Positions 43,879 through 53,812 of a stretch of DNA of 55,432 nt are shown piece after piece (position 1 is the first letter of the stretch; each line of letters opens with the position of its first letter). The notes under the pieces were generated by a model. It had not been told where the DNA came from. It searched no databases and was given only the letters and a program-made list of their open reading frames with translations. The position numbers and the translations under genes were made by a program. Source of the DNA: Aquificota bacterium (lineage in GTDB: Bacteria > Thermosulfidibacterota > Thermosulfidibacteria > Thermosulfidibacterales > B14-G1); contig WFSI01000149.1 of the NCBI GenBank assembly GCA_015486105.1, forward strand, positions 1 through 55,432, given 5' to 3'.

Positions 43879-44906
43879 GCCTCATCTCCCAAAGACATGG
43901 GCACACCTTTCCCCTCTTCCCCCACCAGGTGCCAGACCTTCTCCAAAAGCCCCCCTAACCCCTCCCCCGTGGCGGCCGAAATGGCGTAGAAGGGTAAACC
44001 CATGGCCTCCAGCTTTTCGTCCCAGGCCTCTACCTCTCCCCTGTCCTTCACCAGATCCAACTTGGTGCCCACCACTAAACGGGGCTTCTCATCCAGGCCT
44101 GAACCGTAAGCGGCCAGCTCTCGAGAAACCACCTGAAAAGCATCCCAGGGATCCCCTTCATGACCAGAAAGATCCACCAAATGAAGGAGAACCCGGGTCC
44201 TCTCCACGTGGCGGAGGAACTCCAAACCCAACCCCGCCCCCTGATGGGCCCTCTCTATGATACCTGGGATATCGGCCATAACAAAGCTCCTGTAATTAGA
44301 GAGCTTCACCACCCCCAGATAAGGCGTCAAAGTGGTAAAAGGATAGTCAGCCACTTTGGGGTTGGCCGCCGAAACCCGGGACAAGAGGGTAGACTTGCCT
44401 GCATTGGGTAGCCCCACTAAGCCCACATCAGCTATGAGCTTCAACTCCAAAACAATCCATCTCTCCTCTCCAGGCTGGCCATCCTCGGCGTAACGGGGAG
44501 CCTGGTGCCAAGGCTTGACGAAATGGACGTTACCTTTACCCCCCTTACCCCCCCGGGCCACCACAAAAAGCTGTCCTGGAAGGGTAAGATCCGCCAAGAC
44601 CTCCTCCCTTGCCTCGTCCTTTACCACAGTACCAGGGGGAACCCGGAGTATGAGAGGAAAAGCGTCTTTACCCCTCTGATTTTTCCCCCTTCCATGGCTT
44701 CCCCTTTTGGCCTTATTGATGGGTCTGTAGCGAAAATCTAAAAGGGTCCTCACATGGGGATCCACCTTCAGAATCACATCTCCTCCTCGGCCTCCATCAC
44801 CTCCATCGGGACCCCCCCTGGGAACAAACTTTTCTCTCCGGAAGCTTACACACCCGTTACCACCGTCACCGGCCTTCACATACACCCTGACCCTATCTAT
44901 AAACAT
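43875..44906 (-). CDS. obg: GTPase Obg/CgtA
   Basis: 343 aa. The Obg fold begins MFIDRVRVYVKAGDGGNGCVSFRREKF. G1 is GLPNAGKST, with DIPG and TKLD also present. Confidence 0.95.
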   Translation of the reverse strand: MFIDRVRVYVKAGDGGNGCVSFRREKFVPRGGPDGGDGGRGGDVILKVDPHVRTLLDFRYRPINKAKRGSHGRGKNQRGKDAFPLILRVPPGTVVKDEAREEVLADLTLPGQLFVVARGGKGGKGNVHFVKPWHQAPRYAEDGQPGEERWIVLELKLIADVGLVGLPNAGKSTLLSRVSAANPKVADYPFTTLTPYLGVVKLSNYRSFVMADIPGIIERAHQGAGLGLEFLRHVERTRVLLHLVDLSGHEGDPWDAFQVVSRELAAYGSGLDEKPRLVVGTKLDLVKDRGEVEAWDEKLEAMGLPFYAISAATGEGLGGLLEKVWHLVGEEGKGVPMSLGDEA

Positions 44907-44914
44907 AGCACCCC

Positions 44915-44943
44915 AAATAAAAAGGGCGGGGTTCCCCCCGCCC
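44915..44943 (-). terminator. Intrinsic terminator after rpmA
   Basis: Minus strand reads GGGCGGGG-GGAA-CCCCGCCC followed by TTTTTATTT. Confidence 0.7.
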
Positions 44944-44965
44944 TCCCGTTATATCAAATGGCCCC

Positions 44966-45220
44966 CTAAACCTCTGGAAAGACAGCGATATATCTACGTC
45001 CCCTTCTCCTTATAAAACTCACATACCCATCTATCTTGGCAAAGAGGGTGTGATCCCTCCCCAAACCCACATTATCACCGGGCCAGAAGCGGGTACCCCT
45101 CTGGCGCACCAAGATGTTCCCCGCTTTTACCCACTGACCGGCAAACCTCTTCACACCAAGGCGTTTGGACTCACTGTCCCGTCCGTTCCTTGAACTCCCA
45201 ACCCCTTTTTTATGGGCCAT
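44966..45220 (-). CDS. rpmA: 50S ribosomal protein L27
   Basis: 84 aa starting [24 protein letters not shown]. Confidence 0.97.
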   Translation of the reverse strand: MAHKKGVGSSRNGRDSESKRLGVKRFAGQWVKAGNILVRQRGTRFWPGDNVGLGRDHTLFAKIDGYVSFIRRRGRRYIAVFPEV

Positions 45221-45231
45221 AGCCTATCCTC

Positions 45232-45543
45232 CTAAGCAACTATATCTCTGATCTTCAAGGCGGTAAAAAGCTGACGATGCCCCCTTTTCCGCCTGTAGTT
45301 CTTCCTCTTCTTAAACTTCATAACCAGGATCTTCCTTCCCCTCCCATGGGCTAGAACCTGGGCCTTTACCCGAACCCCTTCTATGTAAGGGCTACCCACC
45401 TTAACCTCGTCCTCTCGGGCCAAAAGAAGCACTTTATCCAACTCTACCTCCCCACCCTCCTCCACAGGAAGCTTCTCCACTTCGATAACCTCACCAGGGA
45501 CAACCCGATACTGCTTTCCACCCGTCTCCACTATGGCAAACAT
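45232..45543 (-). CDS. rplU: 50S ribosomal protein L21
   Basis: Canonical start [14 protein letters not shown] at ATG 45543. The 36 upstream codons of the tracked ORF are not L21-like. Confidence 0.95.
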   Translation of the reverse strand: MFAIVETGGKQYRVVPGEVIEVEKLPVEEGGEVELDKVLLLAREDEVKVGSPYIEGVRVKAQVLAHGRGRKILVMKFKKRKNYRRKRGHRQLFTALKIRDIVA

Positions 45544-45576
45544 ATATCCCTTCCCTCCTGGAAAATTGGCCCCGAG

Positions 45577-45606
45577 GCTATAGCACAGCCTTTTTTCCAT
45601 TGTCAA
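45577..45606 (-). promoter_or_regulatory. Sigma70-like promoter candidate for rplU-rpmA
   Basis: Minus strand reads TTGACA (45606-45601), an 18-nt spacer, then TATAGC (45582-45577). About 35 nt upstream of the rplU start. Confidence 0.3.
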
Positions 45607-45768
45607 CGCCAAGATAGTAAGTAAATTATTCATTCTTGCAGCGGTTTTCAAGACAAAGAGCCCGAGACCTCCGGAATGACCTTTCTAACCCCTCAGAGGC
45701 TTGACCCATCCACCCCTCCCCTATACAGTTTAAATAAGAGGCATAAGCCCTTGAAGGAGGTAAAAACC

Positions 45769-46338
45769 ATGAAAAAACAAGGGGTAGATCCATCCGTAAC
45801 CCTCTTCTATCCTGCACCAGTTGTACTGGTCACCTGTAGCAGAAAGGGAGAAGATCCCAATATCATCACCATAGCCTGGACGGGCGTGGTCTCCTCCGAG
45901 CCCCCCACTGTGGGAATAGCCATCAGACCTGGCCGGCACTCCCATGAGCTGGTGGACTCCTCCAAAGAGTTCGCCATTAACTTCCCTAAAATGGGAGACC
46001 TGAAAAAGGTGGATTTTTGCGGCGTGGCCTCAGGCAAAAAGGTAAACAAGTTCGAAAAGTGCGGATACACCTCCTTCAAGGGTAAAGAAATCCATACCCC
46101 CTTGATAAAGGAATGCCCCGTTAATCTGGAATGTGTGGTGACCGATGCCTTGGATTTAGGCTCCCACACCCTGTTTTTGGGAAAGGTGGTAGCAGCCCAT
46201 GTAGACGAGGAGCTATGGAAAGATGAAACCCTCAACGTTATGGAGGCCCAACCCTTAGTCTACCTTCCCCCTACAGCCCAGTATGTATCCTTAGGCTCTG
46301 TCTTGGGCAGATATAGCCTCTCCCGAGGTAGGCTTTAA
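45769..46338 (+). CDS. Flavin reductase-like FMN-binding split-barrel protein
   Basis: Start at MKKQG (ATG 45769), preceded by GAAGGAGG. PVVLVTC...NIITIAWTGVVSSEPPTVGIAIRP is typical of the family. Confidence 0.8.
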   Translation: MKKQGVDPSVTLFYPAPVVLVTCSRKGEDPNIITIAWTGVVSSEPPTVGIAIRPGRHSHELVDSSKEFAINFPKMGDLKKVDFCGVASGKKVNKFEKCGYTSFKGKEIHTPLIKECPVNLECVVTDALDLGSHTLFLGKVVAAHVDEELWKDETLNVMEAQPLVYLPPTAQYVSLGSVLGRYSLSRGRL

Positions 46339-46949
46339 TGAATGAAAAGGGTAGCCTCATAGAAACCTCCGTGGTTTTGGCCGCCTTGGAAAGAGACCCT
46401 TCAGGAGAAAACGCCTGTTCCTACCTCCAAGGGGCGATGGAGAAGGGTGGCCACATCTCCGAACTCCTTCTGGCCGAGATCCACAACCTCAACGAACCCC
46501 GAAGGGAGTGGACGGCACAGCTCCTCAAGGAACTGCCCCTCCCCATCCTCCGGATCAATCTCAAAGCCGTAAATCTGGCCCAGAGGTATGTTTACAACAA
46601 GATCTTCGAGGGTCCCCTGAGGGACCTGGGACTCCACGCTGCCCTGGCTTCAGTAAAGGCATGCGAAGAGCTGGTCACCTTAGACGAAAGGCTTATAACG
46701 GCAAGAGAAGGGGTGGAACGGATAAACCAGGTAGCCCATTACTCCACCCCCGCTTTTTCCCATTCCCAACCCCTTTCCATGGAATGGAAGGGAGACGAGG
46801 AGCTATACAAGATGAGGTCTCTTTCCTGGAGAGTAACAGGGAAAAAGAAGGGAGAAGAAGTGGTAAGGATCATTCAAGAGATGGCCGCCAACTTCTTGAA
46901 AGAAAAGGGCCTCACCCTGGAAAAGGTAGGCAAAGTTGAGCTATTCTGA
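46338..46949 (+). CDS. PIN-like domain protein with a ~70-aa C-terminal extension (hypothetical)
   Basis: 203 aa. IETSVVLAAL (Glu where PIN proteins have the first Asp), LLAEIHN, RDLGLHAALA and ELVTLDERL follow PIN spacing. The start overlaps the upstream stop (TAATG). Confidence 0.45.
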   Translation: MNEKGSLIETSVVLAALERDPSGENACSYLQGAMEKGGHISELLLAEIHNLNEPRREWTAQLLKELPLPILRINLKAVNLAQRYVYNKIFEGPLRDLGLHAALASVKACEELVTLDERLITAREGVERINQVAHYSTPAFSHSQPLSMEWKGDEELYKMRSLSWRVTGKKKGEEVVRIIQEMAANFLKEKGLTLEKVGKVELF

Positions 46950-47202
46950 TTTGAAAAGGGCCCTCTCCGTTTTGGGTATACCTCCGGGAACCAGCTTAGA
47001 AGGAGTAAAAACCATATACAGGAAAAAGGCTAAGGGTACCTCTCCCCAGGATTTAGTAGACTTGAATTGGGCATACCGCCAAGTGGTAGATTTCTGTACC
47101 AAATACCCTTTCCGCTTCACCCAAAAGGAATTCTACAGGGCTTTTCCCGAAGAGGCCCTCAAAGAAGGATTATACAGGCATCCCCTCTGGGAGGACCGGT
47201 AA
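46936..47202 (+). CDS. Small J-domain-like protein lacking the HPD motif (hypothetical)
   Basis: 88 aa with a TTG start after AAGGTAGG. DLKRALSVLGIPPGTSLEGVKTIYRKKAK...LNWAYRQV mimics J-domain helices I-III, but the HPD loop reads GTSPQD. Confidence 0.4.
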   Translation: MSYSDLKRALSVLGIPPGTSLEGVKTIYRKKAKGTSPQDLVDLNWAYRQVVDFCTKYPFRFTQKEFYRAFPEEALKEGLYRHPLWEDR

Positions 47203-47207
47203 GACCC

Positions 47208-48146
47208 ATGAAGATAGGTCTGGCCTTAGGAGGAGGGGCAGCCAGAGGACTGGCCCACATCGGCGTGATACGGGTCCTGGAAGAGGAGGGCATTCCCATC
47301 CATGCTATAGGGGGCACCAGCATGGGAGCTATTATAGGTTCCAAATACGCCTTAACCCCCAATGCAAAGGTCTTGGAGGAGGATCTTCAAAGGTTCCTGG
47401 AAAGCGATGCCTTCGGGGAAGCCCAGCTGGACTTTGTTAGGGAAGGAGAAGAGGAAAAGAGGGGCTTCTTCTTTCAGCTAAGCCGCTATATATCCAAAAG
47501 GGTGTACTACACCCTGGCTGCCAATCAGGAATCCCTCATAAAGATGGAGAGCTTCAAAAGAATCATAGACTTCCTTATCCCCGATGTACCCATGGCCTTC
47601 ACCCGGATCCCCTTTGCCGCCACGGCGGTGGACCTCAACAGGGGGAAGGAAGTTGTGCTCCACGGTGGACCTTTAAGGGAAGCCATCGCCGCCAGTTGTG
47701 CATTACCAGGGATAGTTCCCCCCATGAAGATAGGAGACTATGAACTGGTGGATGGAGGATGGTTAAACTTAGTGCCTGCCTCTGTAGCCCGCTTCTTAGG
47801 GGCCCATATGATCATCGGAGTATGGGTGGGAAGCGAGCTGGAGGAGACATGCTGTTTAGGGAACTCCATCGATATCATAGCCAGAGCCGACGAGATCAGC
47901 CGCCACTACTTAGGGATTTTCCGCCTCAGAGAGTGTGACGTGGTGATTGCCCCATCGGTGGGCCACATGCATTGGGCCGATTTTGAAAGGGCCCAGGAAA
48001 CCATAAAAGCCGGGGAAGAAGCTGCCGAAAAGGCCATCTCCACCATAAAAGGGGCCATAACGAAAACCCGCTTAAAAAGATGGTTCTTCCTCCCCAGAGG
48101 CACTCGTAGCCCTGAGATACCCTTCGAAGTCTACCCCCAAGGATGA
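47208..48146 (+). CDS. Patatin-like phospholipase (RssA/YchK-type)
   Basis: Start at MKIGLALGGGAARG (oxyanion GGGxxG). Nucleophile GTSMG and catalytic Asp in VDGGW. Confidence 0.85.
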   Translation: MKIGLALGGGAARGLAHIGVIRVLEEEGIPIHAIGGTSMGAIIGSKYALTPNAKVLEEDLQRFLESDAFGEAQLDFVREGEEEKRGFFFQLSRYISKRVYYTLAANQESLIKMESFKRIIDFLIPDVPMAFTRIPFAATAVDLNRGKEVVLHGGPLREAIAASCALPGIVPPMKIGDYELVDGGWLNLVPASVARFLGAHMIIGVWVGSELEETCCLGNSIDIIARADEISRHYLGIFRLRECDVVIAPSVGHMHWADFERAQETIKAGEEAAEKAISTIKGAITKTRLKRWFFLPRGTRSPEIPFEVYPQG

Positions 48147-48198
48147 AAGCCAAAGCACAACTCTATAAACCCCACCTTCATAGATCTATAGGGGGCTG

Positions 48199-48909
48199 TT
48201 ACAGGGTTTCCAGGAGGGTATGAATGCTCTTCCAAAGGCCTTCTCTGATGCGATCCTTTTCCTCATCTGAGAGGCCGGCTTTGGGAAAAAGGGGATCCCC
48301 TATCTTCACCCTGATCTCAGCGGGCCTCACGCTATATCTGCCCTTAGGCATGGCATCCCTTGTGCCCTTTATGGCCATAGGAAACAAGGGGAGCTCCGTC
48401 TCTATAAGGATATTGAGCCCCTTCTTCCTGAAAGGCTGAAAATGCCCATCAGGGGACCTGGTACCCTCAGGAAATATGGCTATGGGCCTGCCCATCCCCT
48501 TGGCCAAGTTGGCCTTGATAGTTGCTATAGCGGCATCCGGGTTCTGCCTATCTATCCTCAAGACCTGTGCCAAACTGAGGAGCTGGCCGAAAACAGGGAT
48601 CCTAAAGAGCTCCTTCTTGGCCAAGAAATGGGGAGCGGTTTTCAGTATACAAATAAGGGTAAAGATGTCGAAGTAACTCTGGTGATTAGAAACAACCACA
48701 AAATGCCTATGATCCTTAAGCTTCTCCCCACCCTCCACATTCAAGGTGCATCCCGCCACCTTTATGAGCACCCAGGACCAAAAGTAAGCTCCCCAGCCTA
48801 TGGGTCTCCTCTTGGGATCAGGAATAGATAGAATAGCCAAAGGAACACCCACCACCAACACTATCCACCCAGCTACTACCCACCACACCACTGTCCTTAT
48901 GAGATCCAC
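48199..48909 (-). CDS. plsC: 1-acyl-sn-glycerol-3-phosphate acyltransferase
   Basis: NHQSYFDI (the HX4D motif) and FPEGTRS. The tracked ATG at 49050 overlaps lgt by 154 nt. I prefer GTG 48909, just inside the lgt stop. Confidence 0.8.
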   Translation of the reverse strand: MDLIRTVVWWVVAGWIVLVVGVPLAILSIPDPKRRPIGWGAYFWSWVLIKVAGCTLNVEGGEKLKDHRHFVVVSNHQSYFDIFTLICILKTAPHFLAKKELFRIPVFGQLLSLAQVLRIDRQNPDAAIATIKANLAKGMGRPIAIFPEGTRSPDGHFQPFRKKGLNILIETELPLFPMAIKGTRDAMPKGRYSVRPAEIRVKIGDPLFPKAGLSDEEKDRIREGLWKSIHTLLETL

Positions 48910-49667
48910 GGTCCCTTCACCTTTCTCCCCATAACAAGATAGGCCACTCCGGCCACCAGCATAGCCAAGATAGAAAACCACTGGGGCAGGGAAAGGGGCC
49001 CTATAAAGGTCCGGGGATCCCCCCGAAAGAACTCCACGGTAAACCGGCATAGGCCATAGAGAAAGAGATAGGCCACAAAAACCTCACCACAGAAACGCCT
49101 TTTAGGATAAAATCTATAGAGGAAAAGGAAGATCAAAAGATTGGCCAAGGCATGATAGAGTTGGGTAGGGTGAAGGGGCACACCCAACCTGGCCAATGAT
49201 CGGGGATCGGTAAAGGTAACAGCCCAGGGAAGGTGGCAGGGCTTTCCATAGCAACAGCCCGCGGAGAAGCAGCCCAATCTACCCACGGCTTGGCCAGCTG
49301 CTATGCTGGGGGCAACAAGATCAGCCAGATCCCACAAAGGAAGCCTGTTTCTCCTCACATAGAAAAAGCCAAAGAAAAAAGCTCCAATAAATCCCCCGTA
49401 AAAAGCCAATCCCCCCCGCCAGAGATAAAGGGCCTCCCAGGGTTTTCCTCTGTAGAAACTCCAGTGTTCCGCCACAAAATAAAACCTAGCCCCCACCAAA
49501 GCTCCCAAGAGGATATAGAAGGCCAGATCTGTTATAATTTCAGGGTCTATCCCCTCCTGACGAGCCCTCCTCACAGCCAAACCCACACCCAAAAGAAACC
49601 CCGCAGCCACAAAAAACCCATAAGAAGGGATGGAAATGGTGCCAATCTTAACAAGAATGGGGTGCAT
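48897..49667 (-). CDS. lgt: Prolipoprotein diacylglyceryl transferase
   Basis: 256 aa with GGLAFYGG, GRLGCF..GCCYG and HPTQLY. Confidence 0.93.
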   Translation of the reverse strand: MHPILVKIGTISIPSYGFFVAAGFLLGVGLAVRRARQEGIDPEIITDLAFYILLGALVGARFYFVAEHWSFYRGKPWEALYLWRGGLAFYGGFIGAFFFGFFYVRRNRLPLWDLADLVAPSIAAGQAVGRLGCFSAGCCYGKPCHLPWAVTFTDPRSLARLGVPLHPTQLYHALANLLIFLFLYRFYPKRRFCGEVFVAYLFLYGLCRFTVEFFRGDPRTFIGPLSLPQWFSILAMLVAGVAYLVMGRKVKGPWIS

Positions 49668-49669
49668 TC

Positions 49670-50575
49670 CTACCCCTCCCCTTCACCCTCCAAATAGCCT
49701 CCAAGACTTCTCACCTCATCCATATAGCGGAGGGCCAAGGTGTTACGGGGCTCCACCTCTAATATAGCCCTGAGATTCTCCATGGCCTCGGCTATTCTTT
49801 GAGACTGCATATATATAAGAGATACATCAAAACGGGCCTGGATATACTTTGGATTAAGACGAATACTGGCCTCCAAAAAATCTATGGCCAGATCCTTCTC
49901 TCCCTTCATATGATGAGCCCAGCCCATCTCCCTTAAGGTTTCGGGACGGTAAGGATCCAGGGCAACAGCCTCCTCCCACAGAATCAAGGCCTCATCCCAC
50001 TCTTCCCGACGGGCCTGGACCATCCCCAACAGGTGATAAGCATCGGCATTAGAAGGATCCAGCTCCAAAACCTGCCAGAGGGCCTCTTCTGCCTCCTCCA
50101 ACTCTCCCTCCTCCAAATGGCAGCTACCCAAGGCCAACAAAGCCTCCACCATATCAGGAGCCATCTCCAAAGCCATAGTGAAATGGCTAACGGCCTTCAC
50201 CCTGTCTCCCAGTTGTCGAAAACAGAGTCCCATATTGTATTCCAACTCTGGTGAAGCTTTCTGGGACCTCTTAGACAAGGCATAGTGACGCAAGGCCTTT
50301 CTGTAATCCCCTTCCATATAGTGGATATTCCCTAAGAGAAGGTTGCAGTCTGGGTCCTTGGGATGGTGTTTCAGTGCCTCCTCCAATATCTCCCGGGCAA
50401 AGGAATAGTGGCCCCCATCCCAAGATATAAAGGCCAACTCCCTGTAACCAGGCAGAAAGTCGGGATGGGCCTTCACCAAATCCAATAAGATCTGGAAAGC
50501 CTCTATCCAATTATCTCGATGGAGGGCCGCTAAGGCCTTCTGGTATAGATATTCACCTTTCAAATCTTCTCCCAA
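49670..50575 (-). CDS. TPR-repeat protein
   Basis: 301 aa with about seven TPR units (for example YHLLGMVQARREEWDEALILWEEAVALDP). Embedded in the ileS-lspA-lgt operon. Confidence 0.7.
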   Translation of the reverse strand: MGEDLKGEYLYQKALAALHRDNWIEAFQILLDLVKAHPDFLPGYRELAFISWDGGHYSFAREILEEALKHHPKDPDCNLLLGNIHYMEGDYRKALRHYALSKRSQKASPELEYNMGLCFRQLGDRVKAVSHFTMALEMAPDMVEALLALGSCHLEEGELEEAEEALWQVLELDPSNADAYHLLGMVQARREEWDEALILWEEAVALDPYRPETLREMGWAHHMKGEKDLAIDFLEASIRLNPKYIQARFDVSLIYMQSQRIAEAMENLRAILEVEPRNTLALRYMDEVRSLGGYLEGEGEG

Positions 50576-51029
50576 AATAGCCCCACAGGGCCAGGGCTAA
50601 TCCCAGAGTGATGGCCGTATCAGCCACATTGAAAGCAGGCCAGTGATACCCCTTCCAGTGGAAGTCGATGAAATCGATTACCCTCCCGTAAAAGAGGCGG
50701 TCTATCAGGTTGCCTATACCTCCCCCCAGAACGGCACCCAAGCTCCATCTCACCAGTCTTTCCTTTGGAGGTACCTTCCTCAACAGAGATATAACCACCA
50801 CAATAGCCACCAAAGAGGCTATTATGAAGAAAAAAGAGGACCGGTATCCCCCCTGGGAACCCATACCAAAGACCCCCCCAGCATTTCTCACATGTACAAG
50901 ATTGAGAAAAGATGTGAGCATTACCAAGGCTCCCTGGGGAAGGGAATGGACAACCATGATCTTGGTCCATCGATCCAGGATTAGAATCCCCAAAGCCACC
51001 GCTAAAGGTCCCCTCCAAGGGTTCCTCAT
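50553..51029 (-). CDS. lspA: Lipoprotein signal peptidase II
   Basis: Start at MRNPW, overlapping the ileS stop (ATGA). Motifs VRNAGGVFG and FNVADTAITLG. Classic ileS-lspA linkage. Confidence 0.9.
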   Translation of the reverse strand: MRNPWRGPLAVALGILILDRWTKIMVVHSLPQGALVMLTSFLNLVHVRNAGGVFGMGSQGGYRSSFFFIIASLVAIVVVISLLRKVPPKERLVRWSLGAVLGGGIGNLIDRLFYGRVIDFIDFHWKGYHWPAFNVADTAITLGLALALWGYFGRRFER

Positions 51030-53812
51030 CCCTTCAGTACCTCCACGCACCTTTCGCAAATGAAGGGATGCTGGGGATCCTTCCCCACGGTAGGAGAGTA
51101 GACCCAGCAACGCTGGCATTTTTCACCCGGGGCCAGGTCCACCGAGATGGAGAGGAAGGGCAAATCCTCTCCTGCCATCCTCCCCTGTCCCTCATGAGTG
51201 AGCTCCACCTGGGATACGATGAAGAACTCCCTGAGCACCCAAGGATCAAAGGTCTTCAAGAACCCCAGCTTACCAGAGGGAAAGTGGAGGATCACCTTGG
51301 CGTCAAAGGGGTGACCTATATCTCCCGCCTTCCTGGCTGATTCCAGGGCCCTGGTCACCTCTCTCCTCACCTCCAAGAGGCCTTCCCAAGCCTCAAACCT
51401 CCCCTCTTCCATAATGCCCTCCTGGGGTAGAGGAAAGGAAGTCAGGTGAATGGAAGGGGCCTCATCCTCCACCTTGGGCAGATGACTCCACGCCTCCTCT
51501 GCGGTAAAGGCCAGAATAGGGGCCAAAAGGCGGAGAAGGGCATGGGCCAATTGATATATAGCCGTCTGGGCAGAACGTCTCTCCCGGGAGTTCTGTCCAT
51601 AAATATAAAGCCTCTCCTTCACCACATCCAGATAAACGGAAGATAGATCCACAGTACAAAAGGCATGGAGGGCATGATGGACCTTGTGGAACTGGAAAGA
51701 GTCATAGGCCTTTCTGACGCGCTGAATAACCCCTTGAAAGCGCTGGAGGATCCAAAGATCCATCTCTATCATATCCTCGTATCCCAAAGCATCCCTGGGA
51801 GGATGGAAATCATAGAGATTTCCCAAAAGGAAACGGATGGTGTTCCTTATCTTCCTGTAGGCATCCACCAACCCTTTGAGGATGGTGTTGGATATGCGGA
51901 TATCCTCGGTGTAGTCCTCGGCAGCCACCCACAGGCGAAGGATATCAGCCCCATACTTATCGATCACATCCTGGGGAGCAATGACATTCCCTAAGGACTT
52001 GGACATCTTCTTCCCCTCCCCATCCACCACAAAGCCGTGGGTGAGGACCGTCTGGAAAGGGGCCCTGTCCCTGGTGGCCACCGCCTCGATGAGAGAACTC
52101 TGAAACCAGCCCCTATGCTGATCCGAACCCTCCAAATACATGTGGGAAGGCCAATCCAGTTCCTCCCTTTCCTCCAAAACGGCGGCATGACTGCTCCCCG
52201 AGTCAAACCACACATCCAGAATATCCTCTACCTTCTGGAACTCTTGAGAACCACACTCAGGACAGACAAATCCGGGAGGAACAAACCTGCTTACAGGATA
52301 CCGGAACCACACATCAGCCCCCTCAGCCTCCACCTCTCTCACTACCCTATCAAAGAGTTCCCTGGTAACCACTACGCGACCACACCCCCTGCAGACAAGG
52401 GCTGTAATAGGCACCCCCCAGGCCCTCTGACGGGAGATGCACCAATCAGGACGCTGTTCCACCATGTCCCTGATCCGGTTTTTCCCCCAGGTAGGCACCC
52501 AGGTAACCCTCTCTATCTCCTTCAAGCATCTGCTTCTTAACCCATTGTTATCCATAGAGATGAACCACTGGGGTGTAGCCCGAAAGATAACAGGCTCCTT
52601 GCACCGCCAGCAATGAGGATAAGAATGGGTAATGGGTTCTTCCAAAAGAAGGAGACCCTTCTTTTTAAGTAGATCGATAACCAGGGGATTAGCCTCCCAC
52701 ACCTGGACCCCCTGAAAGTAAGCCACCGTATTGTCGAAGGTACCATCGTCCCTCACGGGGTTATACACATCCAAACCATAAGCCAAGCCCGACTCATAGT
52801 CCTCTTGCCCATGGCCAGGAGCCGTATGGACACACCCTGTGCCCTGAACCAGGGTAACGTAATCGGCTAAGATGATCACCGAATCCCGATCCTCAAAGGG
52901 ATGAGAACATCTTAGACCTGCCAAGTCCCTCCCCTTTACCTCTCCCAGGACCCGGTATGCCTGTATGCCCAGCTTAGCCATCACCTCTTCCAAAAGGCCC
53001 CGGGCCAGTATCCATACCTCTTCTCCCACTTCCACAGCCACATAATCATAGTCCGGATGAAGAGCAATGGCCAGATTGGCGGGTAGGGTCCAGGGAGTGG
53101 TGGTCCAGATAAGGACATAGACCTTCCCCTTCTGAATCTGGGGGAACGCCCCTCTGAAATCGCTAACAGCGGGGAACTTCACATAGATGGAAGGGGAAGA
53201 ATGATCATGATACTCCACCTCAGCCTCGGCCAAGGCCGTTAGACAACTGATGCACCAGTAAACGGGTTTTTTGCCCTGGTAGATCTGTCCCTTTTGGAAA
53301 AACCTGCCCAGCTCCTTAACAATAACGGCCTCATAGTGGTAGTCCATAGTGATATAAGGATTTTCCCAATCCCCAAAGACCCCCAAACGTTTAAACTCTT
53401 CCCTCTGGATATCCAGGTATTTCTCTGCGTACAGCCGGCAGACCTTCCTGATCTGATCCTTGGACATCTCCCTCTTCTTCTCCCCCAGCTCCTTCTCCAC
53501 CTGGTGTTCTATAGGCAACCCATGACAGTCCCATCCAGGTACATAGGGCACATCATACCCTTCCATAAACTTGGCTTTATTTATGAAATCCTTAAGGATC
53601 TTGTTCAGGGCATGGCCAATATGAATATGGCCATTGGCATAGGGAGGGCCATCGTGAAGGATGTACTTGGGTGCTCCCCTCCGGGCTTCCCGGATACGCC
53701 TGTAAATACCCATATACTCCCATTTTTCTATCAATTCGGGCTCCCTCTCACTCAGCCGGGCCTTCATGGGGAAGTCCGTCTTGGGGAGATTAAGGGTCTC
53801 TCTGTAGTCCAT
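51026..53812 (-). CDS. ileS: Isoleucine--tRNA ligase (type 1, C-terminal zinc finger)
   Basis: Start at MDYRETLNLPKTDFPMKA (ATG 53812). HIGH motif (GHIHIGHALNK), KMSKS, CP1 editing domain, and C-terminal CQRCW...CERC. Confidence 0.97.
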   Translation of the reverse strand: MDYRETLNLPKTDFPMKARLSEREPELIEKWEYMGIYRRIREARRGAPKYILHDGPPYANGHIHIGHALNKILKDFINKAKFMEGYDVPYVPGWDCHGLPIEHQVEKELGEKKREMSKDQIRKVCRLYAEKYLDIQREEFKRLGVFGDWENPYITMDYHYEAVIVKELGRFFQKGQIYQGKKPVYWCISCLTALAEAEVEYHDHSSPSIYVKFPAVSDFRGAFPQIQKGKVYVLIWTTTPWTLPANLAIALHPDYDYVAVEVGEEVWILARGLLEEVMAKLGIQAYRVLGEVKGRDLAGLRCSHPFEDRDSVIILADYVTLVQGTGCVHTAPGHGQEDYESGLAYGLDVYNPVRDDGTFDNTVAYFQGVQVWEANPLVIDLLKKKGLLLLEEPITHSYPHCWRCKEPVIFRATPQWFISMDNNGLRSRCLKEIERVTWVPTWGKNRIRDMVEQRPDWCISRQRAWGVPITALVCRGCGRVVVTRELFDRVVREVEAEGADVWFRYPVSRFVPPGFVCPECGSQEFQKVEDILDVWFDSGSSHAAVLEEREELDWPSHMYLEGSDQHRGWFQSSLIEAVATRDRAPFQTVLTHGFVVDGEGKKMSKSLGNVIAPQDVIDKYGADILRLWVAAEDYTEDIRISNTILKGLVDAYRKIRNTIRFLLGNLYDFHPPRDALGYEDMIEMDLWILQRFQGVIQRVRKAYDSFQFHKVHHALHAFCTVDLSSVYLDVVKERLYIYGQNSRERRSAQTAIYQLAHALLRLLAPILAFTAEEAWSHLPKVEDEAPSIHLTSFPLPQEGIMEEGRFEAWEGLLEVRREVTRALESARKAGDIGHPFDAKVILHFPSGKLGFLKTFDPWVLREFFIVSQVELTHEGQGRMAGEDLPFLSISVDLAPGEKCQRCWVYSPTVGKDPQHPFICERCVEVLKG

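Noticed and set aside
45544-45651. Upstream extension of the L21 ORF, and similar extensions for lspA (51030-51119), ileS (53813-53872), patatin (47067-47207), flavin reductase (45676-45768), PaaI-2 (17106-17249) and MDH-like-2 (29576-29698).
   Set aside because: Family-typical N-termini with Shine-Dalgarno sequences occur at internal ATGs. The extensions overlap neighbouring genes, terminators or promoters.
48170-48185. The palindrome ATAGATCTAT between the convergent patatin and plsC genes could be a terminator.
   Set aside because: It is only 10 bp, AT-rich and has no flanking T-run. This is not better than chance.
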